A DNA stretch of 64,000 nucleotides from an uncultured virus (IMG/VR IMGVR_UViG_3300014050_000018) (IMGVR_UViG_3300014050_000018:1-64000), one strand, 5' to 3'. Shown: positions 34,483 to 44,560, numbered from the stretch's first letter. Notes: generated by a model not told the origin, from the letters alone. Made by a program: numbers and translations.

Positions 34483-35493
34483 TTAAGCGTAGGAGAGGCA
34501 AGACTCTAAATCCAAAGTTGAAAGATCCACACTCATATAATCCTGAGTGGGCTTGGCTACGTAATTGTCACCAGATTTGCTTTGAGCGAAGAAATCAGAG
34601 TTACTTGCCCCTTTGATCATGGGGTCAAACCAAGCGCTGATAGACTTTGCCCGTGAGAGCTCCTCGGTGGACAGATGGAAGATCTGCTGAAGCCCGAGCG
34701 TGATAAGCCGTTCATTAGCGCGGTTGGTTATGTAAGCTTTCAACTCGTCAGCGTCAATCGAGCTAATATATGCAGAGTTAAAAATGTGGTCAATAAAAGC
34801 GAACTCCTTGCCCACCACAAGGCGGAAGCCCTCGTAGATCGCTTGCTCCTCGGCTTCAGTGAGCCCCGTTTCCTCAACAAGGCGGCGGAAAAGCCCGCAC
34901 CCAGCTTCCGAGTGAGTCTGCTCGTCGATTGACGACCACGAGATGATCTGCGCGAGGCCTTTGTAACGTCCATCTCTGTTAAAGCTTAGTAGTACTGCGA
35001 AGGAGCTGAATAGCGACACGCCCTCTCCGGCGCCCGAGAACACCGCGAGGGAGACTTTGTCCTGGTACTTCTGGAAGAAGGTATCGATCTTGGAGCAGGC
35101 GACAGGGTCATTGATGAACTCCTCGTACTCCTTCAGGCCAAGGACATCATTCAGGTAGGAGTAGGCCGCGGCGTGGATCGTCTCGAAGAACGAGAAGGCG
35201 CGGGCCATGGCTTGGATCTCGGGTTTAGGGAAGATCCTGCAGACCTCATCCGCCCAGTAACAACCAATCCCCAGCTCAGCGCTTACAAAGCCCTTTAGAA
35301 TACCGGCTATAACCGCTCTTTCGTCCGGTGTTGAGTTGAATTGCCAGTCGCGAAGATCTCCCTCCATGGCGACTTCCTGGTGGCGCCATACGCTGGCTAC
35401 GGTGCGCTCGTAGTAATCGTAGAACTCCGGAAAGTCAAATCCGTCGTCCTTCTTGAAGATCATTCTGTTGTGCTCGAGAATGCTGTTGCTCAT
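34483..35493 (-). CDS. nrdB: ribonucleotide reductase beta subunit
   Basis: WRHQEV..D, ETIHAAAY, EGVSLFSSF, DEQTH, DFF. Confidence 0.95.
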   Translation of the reverse strand: MSNSILEHNRMIFKKDDGFDFPEFYDYYERTVASVWRHQEVAMEGDLRDWQFNSTPDERAVIAGILKGFVSAELGIGCYWADEVCRIFPKPEIQAMARAFSFFETIHAAAYSYLNDVLGLKEYEEFINDPVACSKIDTFFQKYQDKVSLAVFSGAGEGVSLFSSFAVLLSFNRDGRYKGLAQIISWSSIDEQTHSEAGCGLFRRLVEETGLTEAEEQAIYEGFRLVVGKEFAFIDHIFNSAYISSIDADELKAYITNRANERLITLGLQQIFHLSTEELSRAKSISAWFDPMIKGASNSDFFAQSKSGDNYVAKPTQDYMSVDLSTLDLESCLSYA

Positions 35494-36227
35494 CTGTTTT
35501 CGTGGATTGTGAGATTATGGTTATCGCAGTCGAAGACGCCGAGTGTTCCGTCGGTAGCTTCTCCGCCTGGGTCGTTAACTACGCAATTATCCTCTACGAG
35601 TACTCTGGCCCAGTGGCCGGAGCAGAGAACGTCGGAGCCGGTGGCTCCCCAGCGTTGAGGATTTCTCCAGAACCCGGTTCTCTTTGTGATCTTGCGTCCC
35701 TGCCAGAGCCAGGACGATTTTCTTCCTCTCAGTGTCAGATCCAGCTCCTCGGGAGTAACGTCTCCCTCGGAGTATTTTGCTTCGATGTCCTTCTGGTAGA
35801 AGGCGTGGGCGATCTTATATGTCTTTCCGTTGCCGGAGTTATAGGGGTAAGTAAGAGGCCTTGAATCCAACCACAGGATCATTTCGTCCCGAGTAGGTCC
35901 GTCCAAAGTTTCGATTTCGTTAATAGTATCCTTAAATCCTACGATACTCTTTCGAACATCGCGACGTTTAAGGTAATAGTCGGTTAGGTTCTGAGCGTGA
36001 TTGGAATGGAGGAGGGTGGCGTAACCCTCGTCGCAGAGCTGGCGAACCAGCTTATACACTTTTACAAACGAGCAATTTGGCCTGTAGAGCTTATCCCTGC
36101 AGTCGGACAGATCACCCAGAAAGACGATATGTGCTCCGGAGTTGAGCGGCTTAGAGAGCCGGTCGGTCAGGCGGAGGAGCGCGTCGTCCCTGGAGTGGAC
36201 GTCGGAGACAAGCAGAACGTTGGACAA
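35490..36227 (-). CDS. calcineurin-like metallophosphoesterase
   Basis: SDVH, LGDLSD, SNH, AHA, SGH. Confidence 0.88.
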   Translation of the reverse strand: MSNVLLVSDVHSRDDALLRLTDRLSKPLNSGAHIVFLGDLSDCRDKLYRPNCSFVKVYKLVRQLCDEGYATLLHSNHAQNLTDYYLKRRDVRKSIVGFKDTINEIETLDGPTRDEMILWLDSRPLTYPYNSGNGKTYKIAHAFYQKDIEAKYSEGDVTPEELDLTLRGRKSSWLWQGRKITKRTGFWRNPQRWGATGSDVLCSGHWARVLVEDNCVVNDPGGEATDGTLGVFDCDNHNLTIHENR

Positions 36228-36289
36228 GGGAGCATCGGGCCTAGTACTCTCATTCTATCATGAGCTGGATACACCGCGGGACGCGGTGG

Positions 36290-36844
36290 TCACATGTGCT
36301 GCTGGCTGGCCGTGGACTTGACTGCGATCTCCGTCTCCGGGTACGTGTAGTGCATCTGGTCGGAGACCGACTCCGGGAGCGTGGCGTTGAGGACCTTGTA
36401 GGCCATCTCCAGAGCCTCGGAGCGGGTGCGCTTTTTCGGGCTTCTGTACTCCTCGGACGTGCTTTTTACCTTGGGAATCACGGAATAGAAGTACTCCTCG
36501 TCGGGGTGAGTGACTAGGAAGTAAGCGCGTCTGTGCTGAACGCCCTGCTCTACGACAATCTCACCCGGCTCGACGTGGAGCTGGCCGACATCGTAACCAG
36601 GCTTGCCCTTGGGATTCATGTCCTTATCGTGAGGGCCTTCGTACGAAGGCTTCTCCCCACCGCCGACCTTGGCAGCGCCGAAAGCCCCCTCGGGATCAAC
36701 GTACTGGGAGTGGTAGTCGTCCTCACCGGACTGCGGGCCGGGTTTTACCAGCTCGAGGTTTTTCTTTGTTTTTCCTGTGTCGGAGCCGGGCTCGGCGTAG
36801 GAGGCGATCTCCCAGCCCTCCGGAACGACTATCTCGTGGTCCAT
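36290..36844 (-). CDS. hypothetical protein with N-terminal VPEGW
   Basis: MDHEIVVPEGWEIASYAE; GTTTAAAG at 36868-36875. Confidence 0.75.
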   Translation of the reverse strand: MDHEIVVPEGWEIASYAEPGSDTGKTKKNLELVKPGPQSGEDDYHSQYVDPEGAFGAAKVGGGEKPSYEGPHDKDMNPKGKPGYDVGQLHVEPGEIVVEQGVQHRRAYFLVTHPDEEYFYSVIPKVKSTSEEYRSPKKRTRSEALEMAYKVLNATLPESVSDQMHYTYPETEIAVKSTASQQHM

Positions 36845-36877
36845 GGGTGTACGTGGTCTGTATGAGTCTTTAAACCC

Positions 36878-36910
36878 AAAAGAAAAAGCCCCGAGGAATT
36901 CCCGGAGCTC
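36878..36910 (-). terminator. intrinsic terminator
   Basis: GAGCTCCGGG-AATT-CCTCGGGGCTT followed by TTTCTTTT. Confidence 0.7.
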
Positions 36911-36958
36911 CTTCGTTACTGATTTGAAGTCTAGACCTTAAAAATCTAAGTTCAGGTC

Positions 36959-37897
36959 TCAAAAATCAAGGTTGAGATCGTTTTCGCCGGTTTCCTGGCG
37001 AGACAGGAGCAGGGTCGAGCGGATGCGAATCTTGCCATCAGGAAGCTCCTCCTTGGAGCGCAGAGTCAGAGTCGCGGGCTTCTCGCGGTTGATCTCCGGC
37101 TTGGTGGGGAGCAGCGGGCGGATGGAGCTGTGGGCCCATGCGCCGGCCACCTGTCCCTCCTCGGGATAGTTGGCGATCATAATCCGGTAAGTAAGCCCGT
37201 AGGAGGTCTTACACGGGTAGTAGTTGATCACCTCGTAGGGGAGGTTCACCTCGAGCTCGCGGAAGTCGACTTCGCTATCGGCTTCGATGCGAGGGCCACT
37301 GGACCCGGTGCCCTTGGTGGCGACCTTCTGGATCAGGGTTACCACGTCCTCGGGCTTCTTCTTGAGCAGAGCGTTGAGCGCTTTGGGTTCGGTGGGATTC
37401 TCCCAGTCGCTGAAGCGGACGGCTACCGGAAGGACGAGTTGGCCTTCGGCGGTGTCAACGCTGACGAATAGGGCGGGGTCTTCGCCACGACCCGAGAAGT
37501 TATACGAGCCGAATTCAGCTTCGATCTCGGTACCGTCGGCTTTCACAAAGCCACCCTTAACGACGTTCAGAGCGATGTAACGTGGCCCCCACTGGATGTA
37601 GAGTTGGCCATCGGAGGTGCCTTCGACTCCATCAGCGCCGGACTTCAGCACGGGGCCGAAGAGACGGAAGTAGATGCCGTCGCGGGACTTGATGAGGAAG
37701 GTGTTCTCATCGAGGGGGAGTTCCTCCCCGGTCAGAAACTGGAACACGGTATCGAGATCCTTACGCAGGCCCTTGGGCAGGTTGGCGTTAGGAAGCGAGG
37801 TGTATTCCGAGGTGTATTCACGGCCACTGAGGGGGGCAAGCTGCGGAGCGTTGGTGCTCAGGTCGATGGTCGTGACGGAAAAAGTTGCTGTGGACAT
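36959..37897 (-). CDS. putative single-stranded DNA-binding / replication accessory protein
   Basis: beta-rich 312 aa protein with acidic-aromatic tail ETGENDLNLDF; strong TGG-TATAAT upstream; function is inference. Confidence 0.55.
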   Translation of the reverse strand: MSTATFSVTTIDLSTNAPQLAPLSGREYTSEYTSLPNANLPKGLRKDLDTVFQFLTGEELPLDENTFLIKSRDGIYFRLFGPVLKSGADGVEGTSDGQLYIQWGPRYIALNVVKGGFVKADGTEIEAEFGSYNFSGRGEDPALFVSVDTAEGQLVLPVAVRFSDWENPTEPKALNALLKKKPEDVVTLIQKVATKGTGSSGPRIEADSEVDFRELEVNLPYEVINYYPCKTSYGLTYRIMIANYPEEGQVAGAWAHSSIRPLLPTKPEINREKPATLTLRSKEELPDGKIRIRSTLLLSRQETGENDLNLDF

Positions 37898-37999
37898 TTG
37901 AAAAGTTCTCTTAGTAGGTGTCTCTTTGGAGCGAAAGATCTCTCTTTGACTCTCTGTATATTATACCACACAAGCTCCCACGTGTGGGGTGGTGGTATA

Positions 38000-38323
38000 T
38001 CAGTCTTTAAACTGGCTATCGCCGGATTGGAGAGCGGCGAGGTAGGTCTGGGCCTCGAGCCTGATGTCGTAGAGTTGGGAGGATAGCGGATTAAGTGGGC
38101 AGAGGGGCGGGACGTAGAGCAGCAGCGTGTCCCCCAGCCACACCTGCCTCTCGAACGGGCACTTGGATGGAATCGAATCCACCCACTTCTGAGCCAGCTC
38201 TGGAGTCCAGGATTTAGGCCTCAGCGCTGGCACGTAGATCTTAGGCACGAGCTCCAGCGCCCTTCCCCACCACCTCGGTGGCCTGGCTCGTAAGCCCGAC
38301 GCCGATCGCGATGTGCTGATCAT
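38000..38323 (-). CDS. Mo-nitro_C-like (cyanobacterial) domain protein
   Basis: IPSKCPFERQV...VPPLCPLNPL..QL..IRLEA..YLA. Confidence 0.8.
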   Translation of the reverse strand: MISTSRSASGLRARPPRWWGRALELVPKIYVPALRPKSWTPELAQKWVDSIPSKCPFERQVWLGDTLLLYVPPLCPLNPLSSQLYDIRLEAQTYLAALQSGDSQFKD

Positions 38324-38339
38324 GCTGGTAGTGCTATTG

Positions 38340-41300
38340 TTAGACTTTGAGCGTGACTATCATACCATGCTGGGTATGCTCGTTTATAGTGGATCCACCG
38401 GCGCTCTGTTTGTAAAGATAGTAGATGTTATGCTCACCCTGGGGCAGGCTTCTTGCCCATTGCGAACTTACCGTCTGGTTGTCTCCCTGGGTCTCCCCGT
38501 AGAAAGCGTCGGTGGGGGGCTTTGTTTCATCGATTCCGGGAGCAACGTACGCAATGACAGAATTCGATCCCGGGTTATTATAAATATCTAGGAACGTTGT
38601 GACCAGGGTATTACTTGCCTGAACGAAGCTAACTCGCGGAATCGGATTATATCCCACGGGTGACCACCATCCATCATTATTACTACTATCCCACGGTTGC
38701 GTTGAGTTATTCCATGATGAACCAAAGAAGTAAATGGCTCTAGCATCGTACAAGTTGTAGAGATTTGCTAAGTACACCTTAGGATAAGATCCAGCTTGCG
38801 CGGAAGTAAGGGTTCCGCCGAGCGAGATAGCGGAATTTCCAGCGGTAGTAGTGCGAATAACACCGACAAATCTTCTGCCAACTGCTCCGTTCTTATGCAG
38901 AATACCATCTTTCGTTCCTCTCGTAGGAGGAGTGGAACCGTTCGGCCATTGCGCAAAGTCCACAGCGAGCGCCGGAGACTGTATCGTACCCGAGTTATAT
39001 AGATAGACATCATAGACGGTATTCGCTGCCAAACTAGCCAGCGAGAACGACGGTATTGCTGCAGCATCGAACTTTAAAACGTACCATCTCGGGTAAGTGC
39101 CTGACGATTCGTAGAGCGCGATCTCGTTTCCGTTCCATGGATGGACGTAGAGTGTGCCACCTGATTGATCGGCTGAAGGCACAGCTGAACTCGCGCTCAA
39201 ACTCAATCTCAGGTTAACAACGTTCTTCACGGAGTCACCAAGGGCCTGGATCAACGTGGCCGGAGTCACCGCCAGAGTCGCTGAGGTGAATTGCTTTACC
39301 TCCTCTGCGGTGGCAATCTCGATGATGCCTTGCTGATCGGTAGAGGCGACTTTGGCCGAGATGGTAAAGGTCGTTACGTTGTCATTGGGATCGGTGGGAT
39401 CCCCGCCAGGAAGCTCTATGCTAGCCTCCGTTACGTCAATACCCGTACCGCCACTAACAGCATTATCGAATCTAACGTTGAGTTCTTTGGCAAGCGATGA
39501 CGCTGTGACCACGGCCTTATCAGCAATGCCTTGACTTCCTGATCCTAAAGCCCCCCTGATTACTGAGTCGTCAGCGAGTTGCACAAGGCCGGCTTTGGAC
39601 TCCGTAGCGTAAACCTCGGGCAGAGGAGTCTGGTTTGCTGTGATGGGACCGGTGGAGGTATTGAATGTGGTAGTGCTATCAAAGTAGATAGCAGTATCAT
39701 TTCCAAAATACATCCCGGAACCGTCGTTCATAGCAAACGTTGACTTGATAACAACGCTATTGAAAATCTGGTTGGTTACGGACCCAGGCTCGTTATCCGC
39801 TTCGAGAGGAATGGCGAATTGTTCTCCCGTTCTAAGATCAAAGACCGTAGTTCCGATGTAGAAACTACCTTCCTCGTTCATGCCAGTGGCATACACTTTG
39901 CCACCTCTATTCTCCACGATGATCTTGCCGAGAGCAAAATCCTGTTCTAGTGGTTCGCCTTGGAAGGTTGGGAAGGCGGTGTCATAGTTGAGGTACCCCG
40001 TCCACTCCCATGTGTGGCCAGAGGCTCTGATCACCGACGGACGACGTAGGCCGATCAGGATCCCAGCAGCGGAGGAGTTGGAGCGTACTTTAAGCGTGAT
40101 CGGATCAGAGCTGGGTTCAATATCCTTGCTGAGATAAACGCCGTCGTTCTTCTTCATCTCCACGAGCGCCTGCTTCGTGATCGACTCAGCGGGATCATTT
40201 GTCTTCTCGGGCTCGTCGTAGTCCAGAGCTGGATATAGTTCCCCAGCTGCGACTTTGCGTGCCTGTGAAGCCTGAGTGAGGTACGCTACAAAGCGGCCAT
40301 CCGAAGCGCCCTTAGCGGCTTTCCTGTCCCTATACGCGTCAGGCTCAAATACTTCATCATAGTCTCTGATCTGGGAAATTGTCAGAGGATCCGCAACTAG
40401 AGTCGAGACTCCATTTAACGGATACCCGCTAACACTCAGCTGCTTCTCAAGGATATAGTAATTCTGCGGACGGCGTAGGCCCTGCTCTTCTCTTAGGAAT
40501 CCCTCAAGAACAATTCTGTATACTCTATCATCCGCCTTTCTCTTATCGATGCCCCTGATAGTCGCCAGTGATGCTCTCTGGAACATGAAGTCCAGGCCGG
40601 CGTAGAAGGCGTTGGTGCCAGTGGGATTTTGTAAAATTTTGTATCGGAACGCATAATCGAATTTCTTGAGAAAGTAACCGTCGCCGTCAGTATCGATGGT
40701 CTCCTCAATAATCGCCGCTGTGGAGACATTTAGGTACCAGCAGGATTGCTGGGCGTCCCACACGAAAATCTTGGAGGAGTCATTGAGGTACTCGAATCCG
40801 GGCGAATTAGTTGATGATACGAGCTGGATATCTCCAGTATAGAGGATGGAGTCTCCATTCTCGTTGAATCCTTTAATATAGATTCTCTTTCTGTTCGGTC
40901 TGGCAGTGCCTCCGGAGAGTTCGTAAGTTCCGTCGGAATTTCGCTTAGTATAGCTAAACTGCCCAAGGCCCATCTTCTGCGCGGAAGGAACGTTAGAAGA
41001 GGCTGTGAATGGCGACGAGGTATTAGAGTTTGAGAAGTAGATTCTTACGAGAGTCGGTGGTACTCCATTCACGGAGTTGGACACGTACCAGTTTTTGGTT
41101 CTGCTGTAATCGAGCACAAGACCGGTGCTGATCTCCGTATCCACAAGGGTTGGAGAACCGCCCGAAATTGCTGGAGCGTAACTCAGTGGCTTAGGAGGAA
41201 CGACTTGGGTAATCCTTGTTCCACCATAGGTGCCGAAAGGAACCCCTTCGTCCTGGCTAAAGGACCTAGTCTTGTATCCCACAGCGCGCAGAGACACATC

Positions 41301-43991
41301 TCCAAAATCCGAGCAGGAGTTAGTGATGGAAAGATCAGCGCCACTATCAGCAATAAAGTGGTCGGCATTACCGATCACAAAGCAACTGACGATCTGAATG
41401 GTCGCATTGTTACTGCCTTTAAAGCCGAAATGACGGTACTTAAAGGGATCCGGTGGGCATGGTCTGTACTGCTTTCCTGAGCCCGAGTTTTTATTTGTCG
41501 GAGGATCCAGGTAGTAGGATTCGTCTGTGAAGCAGGTAGGGTCAGTCTGCAGGGACACCTGGGTGAAGTTGGCTGTGACCATGGATCTGAAACCGGCCAC
41601 CAGAGCACCATCGGCGTGAAGTCCGTTGAGGCCGAAGATCGATCTCACCGAGCAATTAAAGACGTACGGCGATGATGATCTTGTGGAGTTGATGTCCGGC
41701 AGATCGAAAGCTCTCTGATCGCCTGAGCCCTGCTTGCGGATCTTAGTCGCGCCGGGGTAGGCCACGGGAGAATTTGTTCTGGAGTCGGATAGTGGGATAC
41801 CCGTCTGGTTCTCCTCTGCGTCGGTCTGGCGAAGGCTCTTGGAGTCGTAGATGGGAGCTACGATAGTAGTCTCAGCCGAGATCGCTTCCAGACCCTGTGA
41901 GCCCCATCCGTCGTACTGACCGAAAAGTGTGTTGAGTTTGGAGTAGTAGGAAGTCTCCACCGAGCTACCGGCCATCTCTGACTGCGAAGCAAAACCGATC
42001 GACGTGACTGTGTTGTGGCTTCTGGAGATCTGCGGGTTGTCGGTGAAGGTGATGAGCGAGATGTAGCTACCACCTGTCACCTTGAAGATACAAGTTCTCT
42101 CGCGCTGAGGCTCCTCCTGGATCGGGTTGAGCTCTGGCACGTACATCGGCCTTACACGAACTTTTCTCAGGTCCACGCCGTTGATAGAGATACCGCGAGG
42201 AACGATGACACCGCCTCCGGTAGGATTGATGAGGGACAGGGCGTCGTAGTAGAGCTGGTCGTTATTGGAGAAAGTTCCGCGAACGTACTCCAGAGTCACC
42301 TTCCAGATTGAGGAGTTTAGACTCTCCTTCTCGATCTTGACAATGTTACCCACACCACCGCTCGCGGTGTAAAGAATCCGGCCCAGATTCAGAGCTTTGG
42401 GTGGCTGGGATAGTGTTGGATTTAGCGAGTCTACTTGGATGATTAGAGCACGGTCTAGCTGATCGACGTTAAGAATCTTGAATCCGGTATCCACTCGCTG
42501 GATTAGTCCGGAGCCCGATGTAAGTCCTGGAATGCTTCCGGCGCCCGGAGCGTTATCGATGTAGTAATCACCAGGTGCTAGTTCGATCACGACTCGGTCG
42601 TAACGGTCGTTGTACTCGCCGGCCCTACGGCTTTCCCGAACCGCCTCGATCACAGCTCTCTCGATCGAGCGGAAGGGCTTGGACTGATTGAAACCGTTGT
42701 TGGTGAGGGCGTCGTCTCCGGTGGCGGGATCGACGTAGATGATATTGCGTACTGTCGGGTCGGCTGTGGCTCCCTGGCGATCGCATCTGGGAGTGTTCTG
42801 GACTTTGATCAGTCCTCCCTGACCGTCAGCGTAAATAGCGACCGACGGGTAGAATTCCTTATAGCACTTGGAGGTGGAGGCTTCGTAGCGATAGACGCCC
42901 TCGGGAGGGTTAGGATAGACCGCGGGAATGGTCGATCCGTCAGGGCACTCAGTGGCGAGACGAGTGCCGATGAACTCACGGCCTCCGCAGCTCAGGAACG
43001 CACCGAGAACAGGCGAGCAGTCACCACCGGGAGTCTCCTCGAACTTCCACTCGGACGTCGCGGCGTGGAAGAACAGCTCGATATGCGCGTCTTTGATGTT
43101 GATGATCCAGTCATCCACGGAGTTGGCGATCTTGGTATCGCCACCTGGGCGGATAATGATGGGGAACCGATCGAAGGTACCGGAGATGTCAACGATGGCG
43201 ACTCTGTCGGAGTCTGTGGGAACGGCAGGAAGGGAGACGATGAGGGAGCCGTTTGATGTGTCCGCGATGACTCTCTCCCAGCTCTTAGCGGCGTAGGAGT
43301 CCGACTTGATCGCGGTGTTGCGAAGAGTGCGCGGGTAGGTGTTTAGGTTGCCGACGTAAAGGTTGGGGCGAAGATCGACGTATCCGGTTCCGACAACATC
43401 CCCGTCCTCGTTTGTGTCTAGGGCCGTGCCATCGGCATTAAGAGTGATCTTAGCGAGGGGGACATGAGGGCGAGATACTGATGGCAGAGCGGAGCCGATC
43501 GAAATCTCCACGGCTTCGTTGGCCAGTAGCTGGGCCTTAGCAGCCTCCTCGTCAATGTAGATATAGTTGGTTTCGATCCCGCTGAGAAGCTGGACGAACT
43601 GGACGCTCCAGGAGATGGGTTGGCCCTCGCTTCCGACGATGCTACCCGCCTCGACCCAGACTCCGTACACTCCGCTGCCAGCGCTGGTCTCCACCAGAGC
43701 CGGAGGACCCCACACCTTTGCGCCGGTGGTGGGATTATAGGAGTTGAGAACCACGCCATCGTGGGCCAGGCGGCCCAGCGCGGTCTCGTTGTCCTCGCGA
43801 GGATCCGCTACTTCCCAGTCCTTAAGACTGTCCCTCTGGCCGATCTTCCAGCCAGAGTGCTCGGACTCAGTAGGCTCAGAGTAGTAGTTCTGACGGGACG
43901 TAGTCGCCGAAAAGCTAGAGCCTTTCTGCGTTTCATTGAGATATTCCTTGGTAACGATTGTTCCGTTCTGGAACTGAATCTTTTCTAGCAT
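38340..43991 (-). CDS. large tail fibre / receptor-binding protein
   Basis: 1883 aa; IYVDPATGDD..PFRSIERA; fibre repeats ATESKAGLVQLA and ASTDQQGIIEIATAEEV..AVTP. Confidence 0.8.
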   Translation of the reverse strand: MLEKIQFQNGTIVTKEYLNETQKGSSFSATTSRQNYYSEPTESEHSGWKIGQRDSLKDWEVADPREDNETALGRLAHDGVVLNSYNPTTGAKVWGPPALVETSAGSGVYGVWVEAGSIVGSEGQPISWSVQFVQLLSGIETNYIYIDEEAAKAQLLANEAVEISIGSALPSVSRPHVPLAKITLNADGTALDTNEDGDVVGTGYVDLRPNLYVGNLNTYPRTLRNTAIKSDSYAAKSWERVIADTSNGSLIVSLPAVPTDSDRVAIVDISGTFDRFPIIIRPGGDTKIANSVDDWIINIKDAHIELFFHAATSEWKFEETPGGDCSPVLGAFLSCGGREFIGTRLATECPDGSTIPAVYPNPPEGVYRYEASTSKCYKEFYPSVAIYADGQGGLIKVQNTPRCDRQGATADPTVRNIIYVDPATGDDALTNNGFNQSKPFRSIERAVIEAVRESRRAGEYNDRYDRVVIELAPGDYYIDNAPGAGSIPGLTSGSGLIQRVDTGFKILNVDQLDRALIIQVDSLNPTLSQPPKALNLGRILYTASGGVGNIVKIEKESLNSSIWKVTLEYVRGTFSNNDQLYYDALSLINPTGGGVIVPRGISINGVDLRKVRVRPMYVPELNPIQEEPQRERTCIFKVTGGSYISLITFTDNPQISRSHNTVTSIGFASQSEMAGSSVETSYYSKLNTLFGQYDGWGSQGLEAISAETTIVAPIYDSKSLRQTDAEENQTGIPLSDSRTNSPVAYPGATKIRKQGSGDQRAFDLPDINSTRSSSPYVFNCSVRSIFGLNGLHADGALVAGFRSMVTANFTQVSLQTDPTCFTDESYYLDPPTNKNSGSGKQYRPCPPDPFKYRHFGFKGSNNATIQIVSCFVIGNADHFIADSGADLSITNSCSDFGDVSLRAVGYKTRSFSQDEGVPFGTYGGTRITQVVPPKPLSYAPAISGGSPTLVDTEISTGLVLDYSRTKNWYVSNSVNGVPPTLVRIYFSNSNTSSPFTASSNVPSAQKMGLGQFSYTKRNSDGTYELSGGTARPNRKRIYIKGFNENGDSILYTGDIQLVSSTNSPGFEYLNDSSKIFVWDAQQSCWYLNVSTAAIIEETIDTDGDGYFLKKFDYAFRYKILQNPTGTNAFYAGLDFMFQRASLATIRGIDKRKADDRVYRIVLEGFLREEQGLRRPQNYYILEKQLSVSGYPLNGVSTLVADPLTISQIRDYDEVFEPDAYRDRKAAKGASDGRFVAYLTQASQARKVAAGELYPALDYDEPEKTNDPAESITKQALVEMKKNDGVYLSKDIEPSSDPITLKVRSNSSAAGILIGLRRPSVIRASGHTWEWTGYLNYDTAFPTFQGEPLEQDFALGKIIVENRGGKVYATGMNEEGSFYIGTTVFDLRTGEQFAIPLEADNEPGSVTNQIFNSVVIKSTFAMNDGSGMYFGNDTAIYFDSTTTFNTSTGPITANQTPLPEVYATESKAGLVQLADDSVIRGALGSGSQGIADKAVVTASSLAKELNVRFDNAVSGGTGIDVTEASIELPGGDPTDPNDNVTTFTISAKVASTDQQGIIEIATAEEVKQFTSATLAVTPATLIQALGDSVKNVVNLRLSLSASSAVPSADQSGGTLYVHPWNGNEIALYESSGTYPRWYVLKFDAAAIPSFSLASLAANTVYDVYLYNSGTIQSPALAVDFAQWPNGSTPPTRGTKDGILHKNGAVGRRFVGVIRTTTAGNSAISLGGTLTSAQAGSYPKVYLANLYNLYDARAIYFFGSSWNNSTQPWDSSNNDGWWSPVGYNPIPRVSFVQASNTLVTTFLDIYNNPGSNSVIAYVAPGIDETKPPTDAFYGETQGDNQTVSSQWARSLPQGEHNIYYLYKQSAGGSTINEHTQHGMIVTLKV

Positions 43992-44002
43992 GGCGAGAAG
44001 CT

Positions 44003-44560
44003 TTATGTCTCAGGGATCGAACTTACCCAAAGTAGCCTTCCGATCCACTCAGCGCTTGGACCGAAAGAGCATAATTCTACAAGGATTTTTCTTCCTTGGG
44101 CTCTGTAGAAATCGATAGGATTGTCAGCTTCGAAGTCGAGCTGATCGGTGTTTCCGCCCCAGGTAATCACGTTAGTTCCGAACTTCCAACTCGCATCAAC
44201 ACCCCAATTAACCGGGTAGTCGAAGTAGGTCTGAAAGTTTTGCAGTGGATTCTGAACGAACCTGAGCAAGATGCGTTGTTGTCTATAATAGCCCGACGGT
44301 ATATCCAGAGGGTTGGTGTTAGCGATGGGGAGGTTATCCGCCGATGTAACATCAACATCCAGGTAGTTGGAGTAGAGAAGGGGACCGATGGGAGAGTTCT
44401 TCACCGCTCCGCCAAGCTCCACCGGAGTGCCGATGGAGTCCCCCGTCCACATCCTTCCGTCCGCAACGTTAACGCAGATCTCACCCTCATCGAGATCGCC
44501 GATGAAAGGCTCCTCGCCTGGTAACGAGGCAGTTATCTGCTGGAGAGTTGCTTCTGCCAT
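44003..44560 (-). CDS. tail fibre-associated protein
   Basis: LDEGEICVNVADGRMWTG motif; start probably ATG 44560. Confidence 0.65.
   Translation of the reverse strand: MAEATLQQITASLPGEEPFIGDLDEGEICVNVADGRMWTGDSIGTPVELGGAVKNSPIGPLLYSNYLDVDVTSADNLPIANTNPLDIPSGYYRQQRILLRFVQNPLQNFQTYFDYPVNWGVDASWKFGTNVITWGGNTDQLDFEADNPIDFYRAQGRKILVELCSFGPSAEWIGRLLWVSSIPET

Noticed and set aside
38000..38323. Nitrogen-fixation gene
   Set aside because: The domain name is misleading; no nif catalytic motifs are present.
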